DNA from: Antedon mediterranea
Taxonomy: Eukaryota > Animalia > Echinodermata
Length of the DNA stretch: 64,000 nt
Reading direction: 5' to 3'
Assembly (NCBI RefSeq): GCF_964355755.1
Contig: NC_092674.1
Location: forward strand, 6,696,001-6,760,000
Position numbers and translations under genes: made by a program. This document shows, piece by piece, positions 1-13,200 of this stretch. Under the pieces are notes generated by a model. It was not told where the DNA came from, searched no databases, and was given only the letters and a program-made list of their open reading frames with translations. Position 1 is the stretch's first letter. Each line of letters begins with the position of its first letter.

Positions 1-708
1 CCAAACTGAAAATAGTGTCCTATCTTTTGCATTACAATTAGCAAAATTTAGTGGCCAAAAAATCCACCTATGGTACTAGGTGAATCCTGGAACAGTAGGC
101 ACCCATTACTACTGTTAAATTGGTGGAGTCTACATTTTAACCAAAACACCAGGTGACTCATCACAAGCCATTTAGGATACATACACTATACCTCTGCATA
201 TATCACACTAAAATGCAGTTTCCAAAAATAATTATGCCAATAAACAATAGTGTACCCCATCTTTGGGACATCCCTATTATTAATCTATTAAGGAGATATT
301 ATTAAGGGCCACCCACATTAAGGGGACACTTTGGTCATGTAGGTTTCCCCCTAACAGGCTACAGTTTTCTAGTTTTCACTGTGCTCCTTTAAATCCAAAA
401 ATAATTTTTACGAAGTATCTTCCGTAACTACAAATGAAATACATTATCTGTTATTGAAGAGAATAAAAAAATTAAAATCAACGCCACACAGAGAGGTTCT
501 GATCTAAACATGACTAACACAAGCTATAAATACTAACAATACAAATTGATGATTTACAGATAATGCAACAAAATAAAATATGGATAACAGATGTACAACG
601 CTAATACGTGATGACGTCAATAAAAAAAAAATGTGACAAGTCTAGTCTTTGCGTGTATTGATTGACTGGCGGTTCGATATCTGAAGTAGAACGGATAAAC
701 TCACTTAC

Positions 709-781
709 CGAAGATAAGTGTGGTAGATATAAAGGACAAGTGTAATGCGAGTAGACTTTGTCGTATTGTGTCTTAACACGG
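709..781 (-). other. candidate 73-nt exon of an unidentified gene
   Basis: tgtttttccttttaag acceptor and CG|gtaagtgag donor; two open frames; no recognisable domain. Confidence 0.35.
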
Positions 782-2931
782 CTTAAAAGGAAAAACACAT
801 GACATACAGAGAAGGAATGCGAAAAGACAGTAGGAGGAACCAGTTATTTTGACCCTGGATTAAAGGCTAATCTTTTAAAATAAATCTGATAATCCTTTGT
901 GGATTAACAGTGCATTGGCACATGCAAATACCAGACTAACAACAATTCAAGTTTAATAGCTAGATAACAGTGATTTAATTGTTTGTTTATGAACAGTTAA
1001 AAACCTTTTAACGATTGTATCAAGATCATTAAATTAGACGAAGAGGATACTTATAAATAATCTTGATATTTCAAATAATTTTTGTATTGTTACGATATCA
1101 ATAAAGTCTTACTTCAGTTTTCGTTATGTAATTTTTTATTTTTTTTGAAAAGGCACTGCATGAAAGGGGGTTTGTTCAAACCATCATAAAACTCTCCCCA
1201 AAACCCCTCCTATGGGCCTGCATACATAGTCAAGATATTAATTGCCCTGAACAATTTTTGATGCAACATTGTTTTCAATTTCAATTAATGAATATTTATA
1301 ATAACCAATATATATCATATTCATATTGTCATGCTGTTATACTATTCCATACCTTTACATCATCAAAAACACTAATATAATAATTACGGTTTTTAGTAAT
1401 GGATATGACATCAGTCATTTTAAAAAATTGCAATTATTGAATATTTATGAATATATTTATGAATATATATAATATAATAATTACGGTTTTTTAGTAATGG
1501 ATTGTCACCAGTTTTTTTTTTATTTCAATTAATGAATATTTATAACCAATATATATATATATATATATAACTTTTATACTCTCGTACTGTTGTACTATTC
1601 TATACCATTACATCATCAAAAACACTAATATAATAATTACGGCTTTTTAGTATGGATACGTCACCAGTCGTTCGCATACCACCTACGCATCTATTAATAG
1701 CATCCTTCAACAATACATTAACCTCATATTGGCCTCCATATGCTTTAACAGTTTTAATCATCAATCATGACAATTTATATTTATTCATTTAATATGAACA
1801 AACAACACCCCCACTTGTGTACTTTTTAATGTTTTTTACATAGATTTTTAAGTAAATTACGAGATGAGCTTAGTGGTGCGCTAAAAGCAGTAGCGGTGAT
1901 AATAATACGAATCATTTATATCGCAGATATTGTGAAACAAATGTACTTTGATGCATGTCAGCGATTCGTGGACATTTGTTTTCCAATTATAGGTCAATAA
2001 TTATTCCAATTAATGATGCTATTAAAAAAATATTAATGGTTTGTTTTGTGTACTAAGACTAAGCTATCAACTCTTTAAAATATTATCTTTTCTGATACTC
2101 ACTTTAGAAGTGTTCGATGATAAAACAACAATTTATTTTCTGTTGCACATGAGCACATCAATTTCAGTGAATGTCACTGGTCAGTGAAAAGACTTACTAC
2201 CCAGGTTAAGGTGCAATTATTTTTTCCTCAACAAAGGCCATGGATACTTTTTACCATTGTTCGCACATGGATAGATTGACTATGGTTTAAGTAGTGTAGC
2301 CGACATGTATCAAGACAATACTGTACATGAGCGCTAATAGCGCCCCCACCAAAAAACAACCAAGTTCTCGCTCTATTAAAGAAACCTCAATTTCTTTTTT
2401 CATGAATTATGTTTAAAAAAATCACAAAACATACAGTAATATATTTTTTCATTTTAATCAAATTGTCAAAATTGTTGGAACAAATAAACAAACTTACCTT
2501 ACTGTAATTTTAATCAAAATTGTAGATTAATTTCTGAATCTACAATACGTACGTCAGTTGAATATTGCTGGGAGGCATTATAATTTCGCTTGTTGTGCTC
2601 ATCTTTGATAGTTTAATGACAGAAAGTTTCAAATTTATTTTTACCTTGACTTGTATGTATCACTTTTCTAGAAGAAACAAACAAAATAAGCCTTAATGCT
2701 ACTAAGGTATCTACTCATGAAATTTCTTATTTGAATGAAAGCTTTAAGCTCTGTCTACACTTTCAAACTTTATGTGACAAAAAATGCCAGCCGGCCAGTC
2801 CCCCTCTAAAATTTCACCAATTTTAGGCTCTGGGCCTCCTATTTCAAAATCCTGGATCCACTACTGTAAAGCTGATTAAGAGAAACAAAATTAAATTGGC
2901 TCTTGGTACTGTATGTTACTAAAAATATAAT

Positions 2932-2934
<3 letters not shown>

Positions 2935-2966
<32 letters not shown>

Positions 2967-3144
2967 CCAAAGGCAAATTACTGAAAAAAATGACAATGCT
3001 GTGGGTATCAGTGGCTGGATCTCAATGGAGATACAAAATAAAAGCTTTTATTTTGTATCTCCATTGAGATCCAGCCACTGATACCCACAGAATTGTCATT
3101 TTTTCAGTAATTTGCCTTTGGATTTATATATATATATATATATG
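2935..3144. repeat. near-perfect spacerless palindrome with (TA)n ends
   Basis: centre AAAG|CTTT at 3044/3045; about 80-bp unique arms with one substitution and one A-run difference. Confidence 0.95.
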
Positions 3145-4375
3145 AACAGCTTTAACCTTTATAGTCTCCAATCCAATCTATTTCATTAATCTTCTGTGGT
3201 CTCATCTTTTGTAACATAATTTAAATTGTACATGCACACAATTAAACACACTTTAATAGCAGTTACAAAGTAACAAAAACTTACAATGATAATAAAAATG
3301 GTCATAAAAGTAAAGTGATACATTGTCAAATATCATCGTAGAAACACAATAGCATAGAAAATAACAATTGGAATACAGTGTGGGAATTAGGTTATGTAAT
3401 TAGCAATCACAAAAATATTTGTGAATGAGTATCTCCTGGTAATAGTCTCTTTTCAAATTTTCATCAAATATGGTAGCTATGAGACAAATAGGGGGCGCAC
3501 TGTCAAATTTACGGACAGCTATACTTCTGGTCGTTAGCATCTTGATGTTTGTTGTTGCACACATCATATACGGTGTAAGTGAAGTAAGTTGATCAAATTT
3601 GTAGGCGTGATGACATCATCAAAATGAAAATGGTGGAAACTTATGAGAAAGTGAATTGGCTGAGCAAGCACATATTAAAATTGAAAGAAAATTGTTCATG
3701 TTGAAACATCTTGATGTTTTTTGCACACATTAAGGAAAAACCTAGGAGAAGCACAAAGGTTACATATTTCCCCTTTTGACAAACAGCTAAAATGAAATTA
3801 TGAACTAATTTTATGTATCTACTTTTTACAGACTATATTATACTGAATAGCATTCCCTCATTTTAAAATATCACTAACTGATTAACTGAAAAATACCAGA
3901 ATGTTGATTTAATAGTAATTATGCAGTGGCTTAACGTCTATGAGGGCTCACTGCCTAAATCCATGGCTTAAGGGGCCTCAGAGCATCTCAGCCACAATGC
4001 AACTATGCAAAATGCTAAAACAAGGGATCTTTTCCTCCTGCATTATGCCACTTTTGCACTACTGTATATGGGGATTTAGCTTTAAATACAATAGAATGGC
4101 AAACATGTTACATATTTTATTAGTGTTTTAACTGAAGGAATAAATCTCTGTTTTCATCAAACAAAACCAGAATTTGAGACTAAAACAAATACTAGAACAT
4201 ACATTAAAGAAACCAATCTTCATTGCAAATTGGAGTCAAGTAAGCTATCACTACCCCAATCCATTCACTAACCTTCTCAAAGATGCAATCACAAGACAAA
4301 CATATACAAGATGCTCTACATAAACAAAGTCTTATTAAAGTCTTTGGGAGTGGAGTTGTAATTTGTCAGAAAAAA

Positions 4376-4447
4376 TCCTGACATATGACAGGACTTGAAC
4401 CTAGGACATTTGAATTGGTAGCCAAGCATCATAACCACCAAGCCACA
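4376..4447 (-). mobile_element. tRNA-derived SINE head or degenerate tRNA
   Basis: minus strand has A-box-like TGGCTTGGTGG and B-box GGTTCAAGTCC at tRNA spacing; stems look decayed. Confidence 0.55.
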
Positions 4448-6047
4448 ACTACATGTTATAATTAATACAGCATACAAAAATCAAAATCTCACTATTTGTA
4501 AGGTGTGAATAACTTGACAACTAACCTTTACCTGCCTATTGTTACAAACACAAATGGATTGGAATATATATTATGTGTGGGATACATTGGCCAATTGTCT
4601 GCTATTCCGGTTTACTGATTACTCCGGATAATTAAATTTCTATTGAGCTTTACTTTCCCATGAAAGTTATATTAAAAAATAGGCCTCATATTATCTTTTC
4701 GATTTGGTGTTAAGTCACCTAGAACTTGTCTATATCATCCTTTTGTTAATAACTTCAAAGCAGAAAGAATATGCTTTACATTTCATGACACTTGAATGAT
4801 AAAGGGAATTAATTAGGTTGAGAAGTTGGAAAGTTTGTGCTTTTAAAGCCTACAGTAGCACTAGGTGAATGTATCTTTGCGAGTCAAACAATTTAGCAGA
4901 GAAAGAACAGAAAGAATTGTGCCATACTTTAAAAAGAGTGAATAGCTGTAATTTTCATTTTTATCACTTTTTTGTTTGAAAGAATTTTAAGTTTTGGATG
5001 ATCCAAAGGTAATAAAACTGTAAAATTTATGTTTTTACTATAACTATATAACAACATACTAAGGAGGAGGCCCTGACAATCCCATATGGGTAAACCTGAA
5101 TGTTCCATAGATGGCGTTACACCACCTATGAAATTTCAACAAGTTACATAGACTCGCTCATGGTTAAGCTGTGTCGTTGAACCACTGAAAGCTACTGTAG
5201 AACGTAAGTTTTACGGTTTTATTCCCTTTGGATCGACCAAAAGAAAAATGTTATGAATACTATACAGAGATCCAGATAAACTTTTATACTAAATACAGAG
5301 TACCTTTAAATTGGGATTGCGATATTGTTAAAACATACATTGACCCTCATTCGTTTCACAAGAAAGTGTCCCCACAATAGGGATGTCTTCTGAATAGATA
5401 TTCCAAAAGAAGGGTTTTAGTGTAGTAGGCATTTTTATTTCATAGTTTCACCTGAATTTATTGATTGGTTAGTAGTAAAATTAAGGCACTTCGCTGTTGT
5501 TCCTTCGTCACGCAACATTTAAGAGCATCCAATCATAATATGAGCAGTATTCTTAAAAGATCTATTATTTATTGAAGCAAACTTTAAAGAGGACTTTAAA
5601 ATGAATTAACCAGAAATTCTTAAGCCCTCTCATAATCTTCCTAAATTAAAAACTAAAATTGGGAATTAAGAAGAACTTGTAAACTGCCTCCAGGAATCAT
5701 GCTATTCAAATACCTCTCTTTGGATTAATCCGTTTTAAATTAAGTTAGTGTACATATTTTGTAGACATACTGTACATAAAAACTGTATAGAAATGTTTTA
5801 GAACATAATTTTGTTTCCTTGATGCAATTGTCAAGGACATTTAAATTTGTTTCTTTTTATGGCTTGAGGCCCAAATAAATTATTTCAAACAGGTTAAGGA
5901 ATAAGATGAATTAAAAAAAATTACATTGTCGACTAAAACTTGAATGAATTAACTAAAGAAAATGTTTTTGAATATCAGAAACATATTATGTTGTTATCTA
6001 TGTACTATGTTTAGCTTTTAGCAACTTGCAGTACTGTCTGCAACAAA

Positions 6048-8748
6048 GATTAATTATCATTGGTCAATACTTAATAAGCCATTGTGATTGGTCACAATAC
6101 TTTTATATTCATTGTGATTGGTCAATACTTTACATGGGATAATTATCATTGGTCAGTACTTAATAATCCATTGTGATTGGTCACAATACTTTTATATTCA
6201 TTGTGATTTCTCAATACTTTAATATTCATTGTGATTTGTCAATACTTAAGAATCCATTGTGATTGGTCAATACTTTACATGGGATAATTATCATTGGTCA
6301 ATACTTTAGAATGCATTTTGATTGGTCACAATACTTTAAAATGCATTGTGATTGGTCAATACTTTAATATTTATTGTGATTTGTCAATACTTAAGAATCC
6401 ATGGTGATGGTCAATACTTTAGTATCCATTGTGTCTGGTCAATATTTTTCATTGGTCAATACTTTAAAATGCATTGTGATTGGTCAATACTTTACATAGG
6501 ATAATTATCATTGGTCAATACTTTAGAATGCATTGTGATTAGTCAATACTTTACATAGGATAATTATCATTGGTCAATACTTTAGAATGCATTGTGATTG
6601 GTCAATACTTTACAAGGATAATTATCATTGGTCAATACTTTAGAATGCATTGTGATTAGTCAATACTTTAGAATGCATTGTGATTGGTCAATACTTTACA
6701 TAGGATAATTATCATTGGTCAATACTTTAGAATGCATTGTGATTGGTCAATACTTTACAAGGATAATTATCATTGGTCAATACTTTAGAATGCATTGTGA
6801 TTAGTCAATACTTTAGAATGCATTGTGATTAGTCAATACTTTAGAATGCATTGTGATTGGTCAATACTTTACAAGGATAATTATCATTGGTCAATACTTT
6901 AGAATGCATTGTGATTGGTCAATACTTTAGAATGCATTGTGATTAGTCAATACTTTAGAATGCATTGTGATTCGTCAATACTTTAAAATGCATTGTGATT
7001 AGTCAATACTTTAGAATGCATTGTGATTGGTCAATACTTTACAAGGATAATTATCATTGGTCAATACTTTAGAATGCATTGTGATTGGTCAATACTTTAG
7101 AATGCATTGTGATTAGTCAATACTTTAGAATGCATTGTGATTCGTCAATACTTTAAAATGCATTGTGATTGGTCAATACTTTACAAGGATAATTATCATT
7201 GGTCAATACTTTAGAATGCATTGTGATTGGTCAATACTTTAGAATGCATTGTGATTAGTCAATACTTTAAAATGCATTGTGATTGGTCAATACTTTACAT
7301 AGATAACTATCATTGGTCAATACTTTAGAATACATTGTGATTAGTCAATACTTTAAAATGCATTGTGATTCGTCAATACTTTAAAATGCATTGTGATTGG
7401 TCAATACTTTACATAGATAACTATCATTGGTCAATACTTTAGAATGCATTGTGATTAGTCAATACTTTAAAATGCATTGTGATTCGTCAATACTTTAAAA
7501 TGCATTGTGATTCGTCAATACTTTAAAATGCATTGTGATTGGTCAATACTTTACATAGATAACTATCATTGGCCAATACTTTAGAATACATTGTGATTGG
7601 TCAATACTTTAAAATATATTGATTGGTCAATACTTTAAAATGCATTGTGATTGGTCAATACTTTATTCATTGTGATTTGTCAATACATAATAATTCATTG
7701 TGTTTGGTCAGTACTTTATTCATTGTGATTTGTCAATACATAATAATTCATTGTGATTGGTCAATACTTTATTCATTGTGATTTGTCAATACATAATAAT
7801 TCATTGTGTTTGGTCAATACTTTATTCATTGTGATTTGTCAATACATAATAATTCATTGTGTTTGGTCAGTACTTTATTCATTGTGATTTGTCAATACAT
7901 AATAATTCATTGTGTTTGGTCAATACTTTATTCATTGTGATTTGTCAATACATAATAATTCATTGTGTTTGGTCAATACTTTATTCATTGTGATTTGTCA
8001 ATACATAATAATTCATTGTGTTTGGTCAGTACTTTATTCATTGTGATTTGTCAATACATAATAATTCATTGTGTTTGGTCAGTACTTTATTCATTGTGAT
8101 TTGTCAATACATAATAATTCATTGTGTTTGGTCAATACTTTATTCATTGTGATTTGTCAATACATAATAATTCATTGTGTTTGGTCAGTACTTTATTCAT
8201 TGTGATTTGTCAATACATAATAATTCATTGTGTTTGGTCAGTACTTTATTCATTGTGATTTGTCAATACATAATAATTCATTGTGTTTGGTCAGTACTTT
8301 ATTCATTGTGATTTGTCAATACATAATAATTCATTGTGTTTGGTCAATACTTTATTCATTGTGATTTGTCAATACATAATAATTCATTGTGTTTGGTCAG
8401 TACTTTATTCATTGTGATTTGTCAATACATAATAATTCATTGTGATTGGTCAATACTTTATTCATTGTGATTTGTCAATACATAATAATTCATTGTGTTT
8501 GGTCAGTACTTTATTCATTGTGATTTGTCAATACATAATAATTCATTGTGTTTGGTCAGTACATTATTCATTGTGATTTGTCAATACATAATAATTCATT
8601 GTGTTTGGTCAGTACTTTATTCATTGTGATTTGTCAATACATAATAATTCATTGTGTTTGGTCAGTACTTTATTCATTGTGATTTGTCAATACATAATAA
8701 TTCATTGTGTTTGGTCAGTACTTTATTCATTGTGTTTGGTCAATACTT
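6048..8748. repeat. 2.7-kb satellite of about 28-bp units with higher-order variants
   Basis: unit cattgtgattggtcaatactttagaatg; from about 7660 a homogeneous 53-bp dimer. Confidence 0.97.
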
Positions 8749-8893
8749 ATGGAAACATTCATAGCTTTATTAGATAGAAAGAAAAAAATAGAATCACAAA
8801 ACAATGAAGCGTATTCTCTTGATGGTGTAAGTAATCGTACATAAGTAACAATAACATGTAAAAAAAATATTAACACATTATACTACATTATTA

Positions 8894-9565
8894 CCGTACT
8901 GACGCGGGTATAAGCCCACCCCCCTTGAACATGAAATCACGTCAAGTTTGGGGGGTGGGCTTATACGCGAGGATCCAAAAATGCAGATCGTCAAAAACAG
9001 CACATGTACACTGTGTGTTCCACCATGCGAGCGAGCGCCCTCACGTGTACGACGTTGCCTCTAAATACACGAGGTGTAGAGTGTCGGAAAATTAAGCTTA
9101 TATAGGGGCCTAGTTCGTGTAATTTATCGTAGAATATCTTATTTTAAACATCAATTGAACAAGAATTTATCAAGCAGAAAAGCAAGTATATAATGTTCGT
9201 TAAATAGAAATGTACCAAAGAAATTTAATAAGCTTGTTTATGGCAGCCGATACCAAATAGTGGTTTTCCGTTTTGGCGACTTATAGCATTGTGTGTGAAG
9301 CGATCTTCGACCGCGATGGAGTGTAAACAAAACAGGACCGCTAGGCCTCATATGGCCTAGCATATATTAGCTTGGTTACGATCAAAGGTAGGTGTATTCG
9401 GTGTATGGACGTCGCCAAATACAAAATAATGTATTACGACACACACTGTAGATCTTCGAATTAATGTGTGGGCTTATACCCGAGTGCCTCATTTTTCATG
9501 AAAATTAGTCAAAAGTCGGGGGTGGGCTTATACCCGAATATGGGCTTATACCCGCGTCAGTACGG
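8894..9565. mobile_element. Tc1/mariner(pogo)-type MITE
   Basis: 25-bp TIR CCGTACTGACGCGGGTATAAGCCCA, TA on both flanks, subterminal GGGCTTATAC repeats. Confidence 0.88.
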
Positions 9566-10055
9566 TACTTGTCTGGACATTAAAACACAAGGAAATAATT
9601 TGATTAGATGATACTTGCATATGTGGTGACATAAAAACAGCCCAAGGTTATGTGATATTAATAATTTAATTTCATTGAAATTACATAATTTGTGAAGGGT
9701 GAATTGTCTGGGTTACCAAAGTGCTTAAACAGGCTACAATAACATTTTATAAATTTATGTTACAAAACTGCATATAAGCTCAATATAAGACCATGGGAAA
9801 TGTGTTCTTTCAGTGTGTGCAACATTTTTTCTTTATTTAATTTCAAAACATAACATAACAGAAAAAGGTGATTTGACAAAATCACTTTATCATTAACATT
9901 TTTTCCAAAATTAAATACAGAGACTGGCAGTGAAAAATACAATTCTTGTAACATTTGTAAATTCTCCAATCTCAGAAGAAAACAGACTTGCAAATTTCCA
10001 CTCAGTAAATATTTCCGGTAATACTGCTATTAGGCCTATAGTATCCCTATTATAA

Positions 10056-10208
10056 AGCTCTGTCTACACTATCAAACTGTATGCGACAGAAAAATGTGAT
10101 GTGTCATATGTGGACATGATGATGTCACTACCATACTTGGGTATCACTACCATATTTGGGTGCATCACCCTTTTTTAGTCAAATTAGTTTGATAGTTCAG
10201 ATAGAGCG
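10056..10208. mobile_element. about 150-bp palindromic MITE family (ctctgtctacactatcaaact...)
   Basis: related copies near 20150-20305, 29255-29400 and 29825-29920; fragments at 2746 and 37770-37870. Confidence 0.8.
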
Positions 10209-11045
10209 TAAGTCTAAAAAACAGCCAATCTGAGAAAAAATGGAAAGTGTTTCTCAACTGATTTGTGTCATATGGGGTCTATATATCCACCAAAACAAAT
10301 TTCCAGCTCATCTGGCCTGGGGAAAGCTGCCATTTTTAAAATGGCCAACATAAAATACAGATTTCTGCTCTTATATTAATATCGAAGATCCTAAAAATGT
10401 GTTTGTATTTCTACGAAGAAAAAAAATATCTGAAACAAATCAATTAGCTTAAGCAATGTACAAACTACATACTCAAACAGTTTCGTAAACACACAAAAGT
10501 TAACTCAACGTCGTTTAGCCATCATAGCTTTGATGACGTTGACAAGATAATGGTTTTTAGATGACCTTTTCTCGTTTCGTAACAAATAACCTGTCAGGTT
10601 TCAACCTTTAATCGCGTTTACTAGGCATACAAAAACATATCTTTGATTAGTAAGTTGAGTGATATGAGCACCTTTAAGTAGTTTACAAAAGATCGCCGAA
10701 CTAACCTTTTGAACTCTGTGTATGTTTTAACCATTTCTGACGAATGCTATGAAAATTAATATTACAAATTTAGGCTGTCATCAATACTGTTGAACATTCT
10801 TCCAGCCGAAACGGTTTGAATATTTGGCTAATGATATACTATTGAGGTACAGGTATTTAAATTGCAAATACAGGCTTCTAGTTGTTTTTCAAGCTTGTTC
10901 TTCATTTATATTGTCTCACAATTTTCTGAGTTCACCAGCCTACATAACAGCATATATACCTGAATTACAATCACTGCTACATTGTAGGCCTAGAGTAGAA
11001 CCCCGGCCTATTAAGAGAAAACCTTTGGGATGCAACAAAGTGTCC

Positions 11046-11255
11046 CCTTAATATGGGTTTTCCCTTAATATGGGTTTTCCCTTAATACAGGTATGGGTTT
11101 TCCCTTAATATGGGTTTTCCCTTAATATGGGTTTTCCCTTAATACAGGTATGGGTTTTCCCTTAATATGGGTTTTCCCTTAATACAGGTATGGGTTTTCC
11201 CTTAATATGGGTTTTCCCTTAATATGGGTTTTCCCTTAATATGGGTTTCCCCTAA
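11046..11255. repeat. 18-bp minisatellite (tcccttaatatgggtttt)
   Basis: about 10 tandem copies, some with an acaggt insertion. Confidence 0.92.
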
Positions 11256-11901
11256 GTAATAGGGATTTTTTCTGAATAGCGGTTAACTATACTGTTGATT
11301 GTTCATCATTCGATCATTACACATTAAAGTATCCCTCTTATTAATAGGGGTGTCCTCTGAATAAGGATGTCCTAAGGAAAGGTTCTAATATGAAGATGTG
11401 TCCCTGCTTTTCAAACATAAGAAATATTCATTATTTTCTCAATACAATACAATATTTCTTCTCAAAGATTTATATTTTTATTGAATTTTTTCAGTAAAAA
11501 TATAAATTGTATGAAAATTGAAATATCATCTAACATTAAATCTGCACGTAAATTTCTGTAAACTCAAATAATTTTTTAAAAACATATTTGTTTATAATGA
11601 CGATCATAAACATAGAGTGTGATTTCATTAGAAATAGAAGGCACAAATAAAATCTTTGTTGACATTTCCTTTACAATTATTCACAGCTTGTCATTTTCTG
11701 ACATACGTTTTTGTGATTGATTAAAAAGTATTCTCGCTTTCTTCGATAAAGCCATAGGCACTCGCCATTCCAAATTTACAAATTTGTCATTATAATCTAA
11801 AGTGTAACACAGATGTCATCAGTATATATTATTTTAAAACTGTAAACATGGTACTAAAAGTGTCAGTAACCTATATCTTCTGTGGATAATACATTGAAAC
11901 A

Positions 11902-12980
11902 GGGTGTCACGAAACCTAAGACCACGAAAGCTAAGACCCCCTAAGACCTAAGATCACAAAAGCTAAGACCCAAGACCTAAGATTACAAATATTTATCTTT
12001 CGCACCTGCCTTGTATTTTAACTCCCAACATTTATTCTGAATACCACACCTTAGAATTGGCACTTTCATGAAAAAGAATCACATAAAAAGTAACAAACAC
12101 ATTTTTAAATTGATGATTTTACAGACGTTTTTCTCGCACACAAAATGACTAGCCTACAGCACACTAGAAGTAGGCCTACCCCATGTTCAATGTTTTTGTT
12201 TCTATGGAACGTCAAAAGAGCAAAAATTATATAGAGGGCTGAAAACTCTGTGGAGTCCATCTACAGTGAGGATGGAACAATGTAAAATTAAAATTGTAAT
12301 GATAATAGTATAATCATGCAAGTACGAAGAAATAAATACTGGCAAATAAATTTTAAATTAAAAATTATGATAAGTTTTTTTGTTTCGTTTTCTTTCTGTT
12401 TTTATACTTGTACTATTATTGTTGCTCTTTTGGTGCTCCATAGAAACGAAAACATTGAGCATGGGGAGCTCGAGGAGTTACATTACAGAATACAAAGAAA
12501 CACGTCTGTAAAATCATCAATTTAAAGGATTTATTTATTTGTTATTATGTGTTTCTCCTTCTGAAAATACTTATAAGTCCTAATTTTAAAGTGTGGTATT
12601 CAGGATAAAGTTAGTCAACAAATTTGAAGTCAAAATACAAGAAAGGCAGGTGCGTAAGAAAAACATCCTCTGAACCAACACATTGGAGTAAATATATACC
12701 AACAAACAACCCGTCAAGTTTGTTTGTTGTAAAGAAAAAATATACATTTACTCAACGGGCGAAAATAATGTGAGTTTATCTATGTTTTGCGGTAGTATTA
12801 AATTATATTTATGGTAATAAATGAAACCTACTGTGTTTAAAATTATGTATGGATAAACAAGTATTGTTTTTAAGCTGTAGTATATCTTAGAATTTGTAAT
12901 CTTAGGTCTTGGGTCTTAGCTTTCGTGATCTTAGGTCTTAGGGGGTCTTAGCTTTCGTGGTCTTAGGTTTCGTGACACCC
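11902..12980. mobile_element. non-autonomous MULE-like element
   Basis: about 90-bp TIR starting GGGTGTCACGAAACCTAAGACC; 10-bp TSD cattgaaaca (11892-11901 and 12981-12990). Confidence 0.9.
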
Positions 12981-13087
12981 CATTGAAACAAGGGAAACCA
13001 AGTGTTCTGTTAACGGGAGTGTCAACTGAATAAGTCTTGGTATTACTTTCAAGTGTTTCCACAACTCTGCCCCTTACTATATTCAAG

Positions 13088-13200
13088 ACCTATCAATTTA
13101 CCACTTTGAAACATCGTTTCTCGTAGGATCACCGAAGTTAAGCAACGTTTGGCCTGGTTAGAATTGGATGGGAGATCATCTGGGAATATCGGGAGCTGTA
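13088..13200 (+). pseudogene. 5S rRNA-derived sequence (pseudogene or SINE3 head)
   Basis: ctcgtaggatcaccgaagttaagcaacg...ggcctggttagaattggatgggagatcatctgggaatatcgggagctgta matches metazoan 5S with many substitutions; no T-run terminator follows. Confidence 0.85.

Noticed and set aside
4376-4447. Functional tRNA gene
   Set aside because: I could not fold a convincing cloverleaf; only the A and B boxes remain.
6048-8748. Repeat-spacer array or coding repeat
   Set aside because: Variable parts are themselves repeated and no long ORF is present.
13088-13200. Functional 5S rRNA gene
   Set aside because: Many substitutions and indels, no terminator, not in an array.
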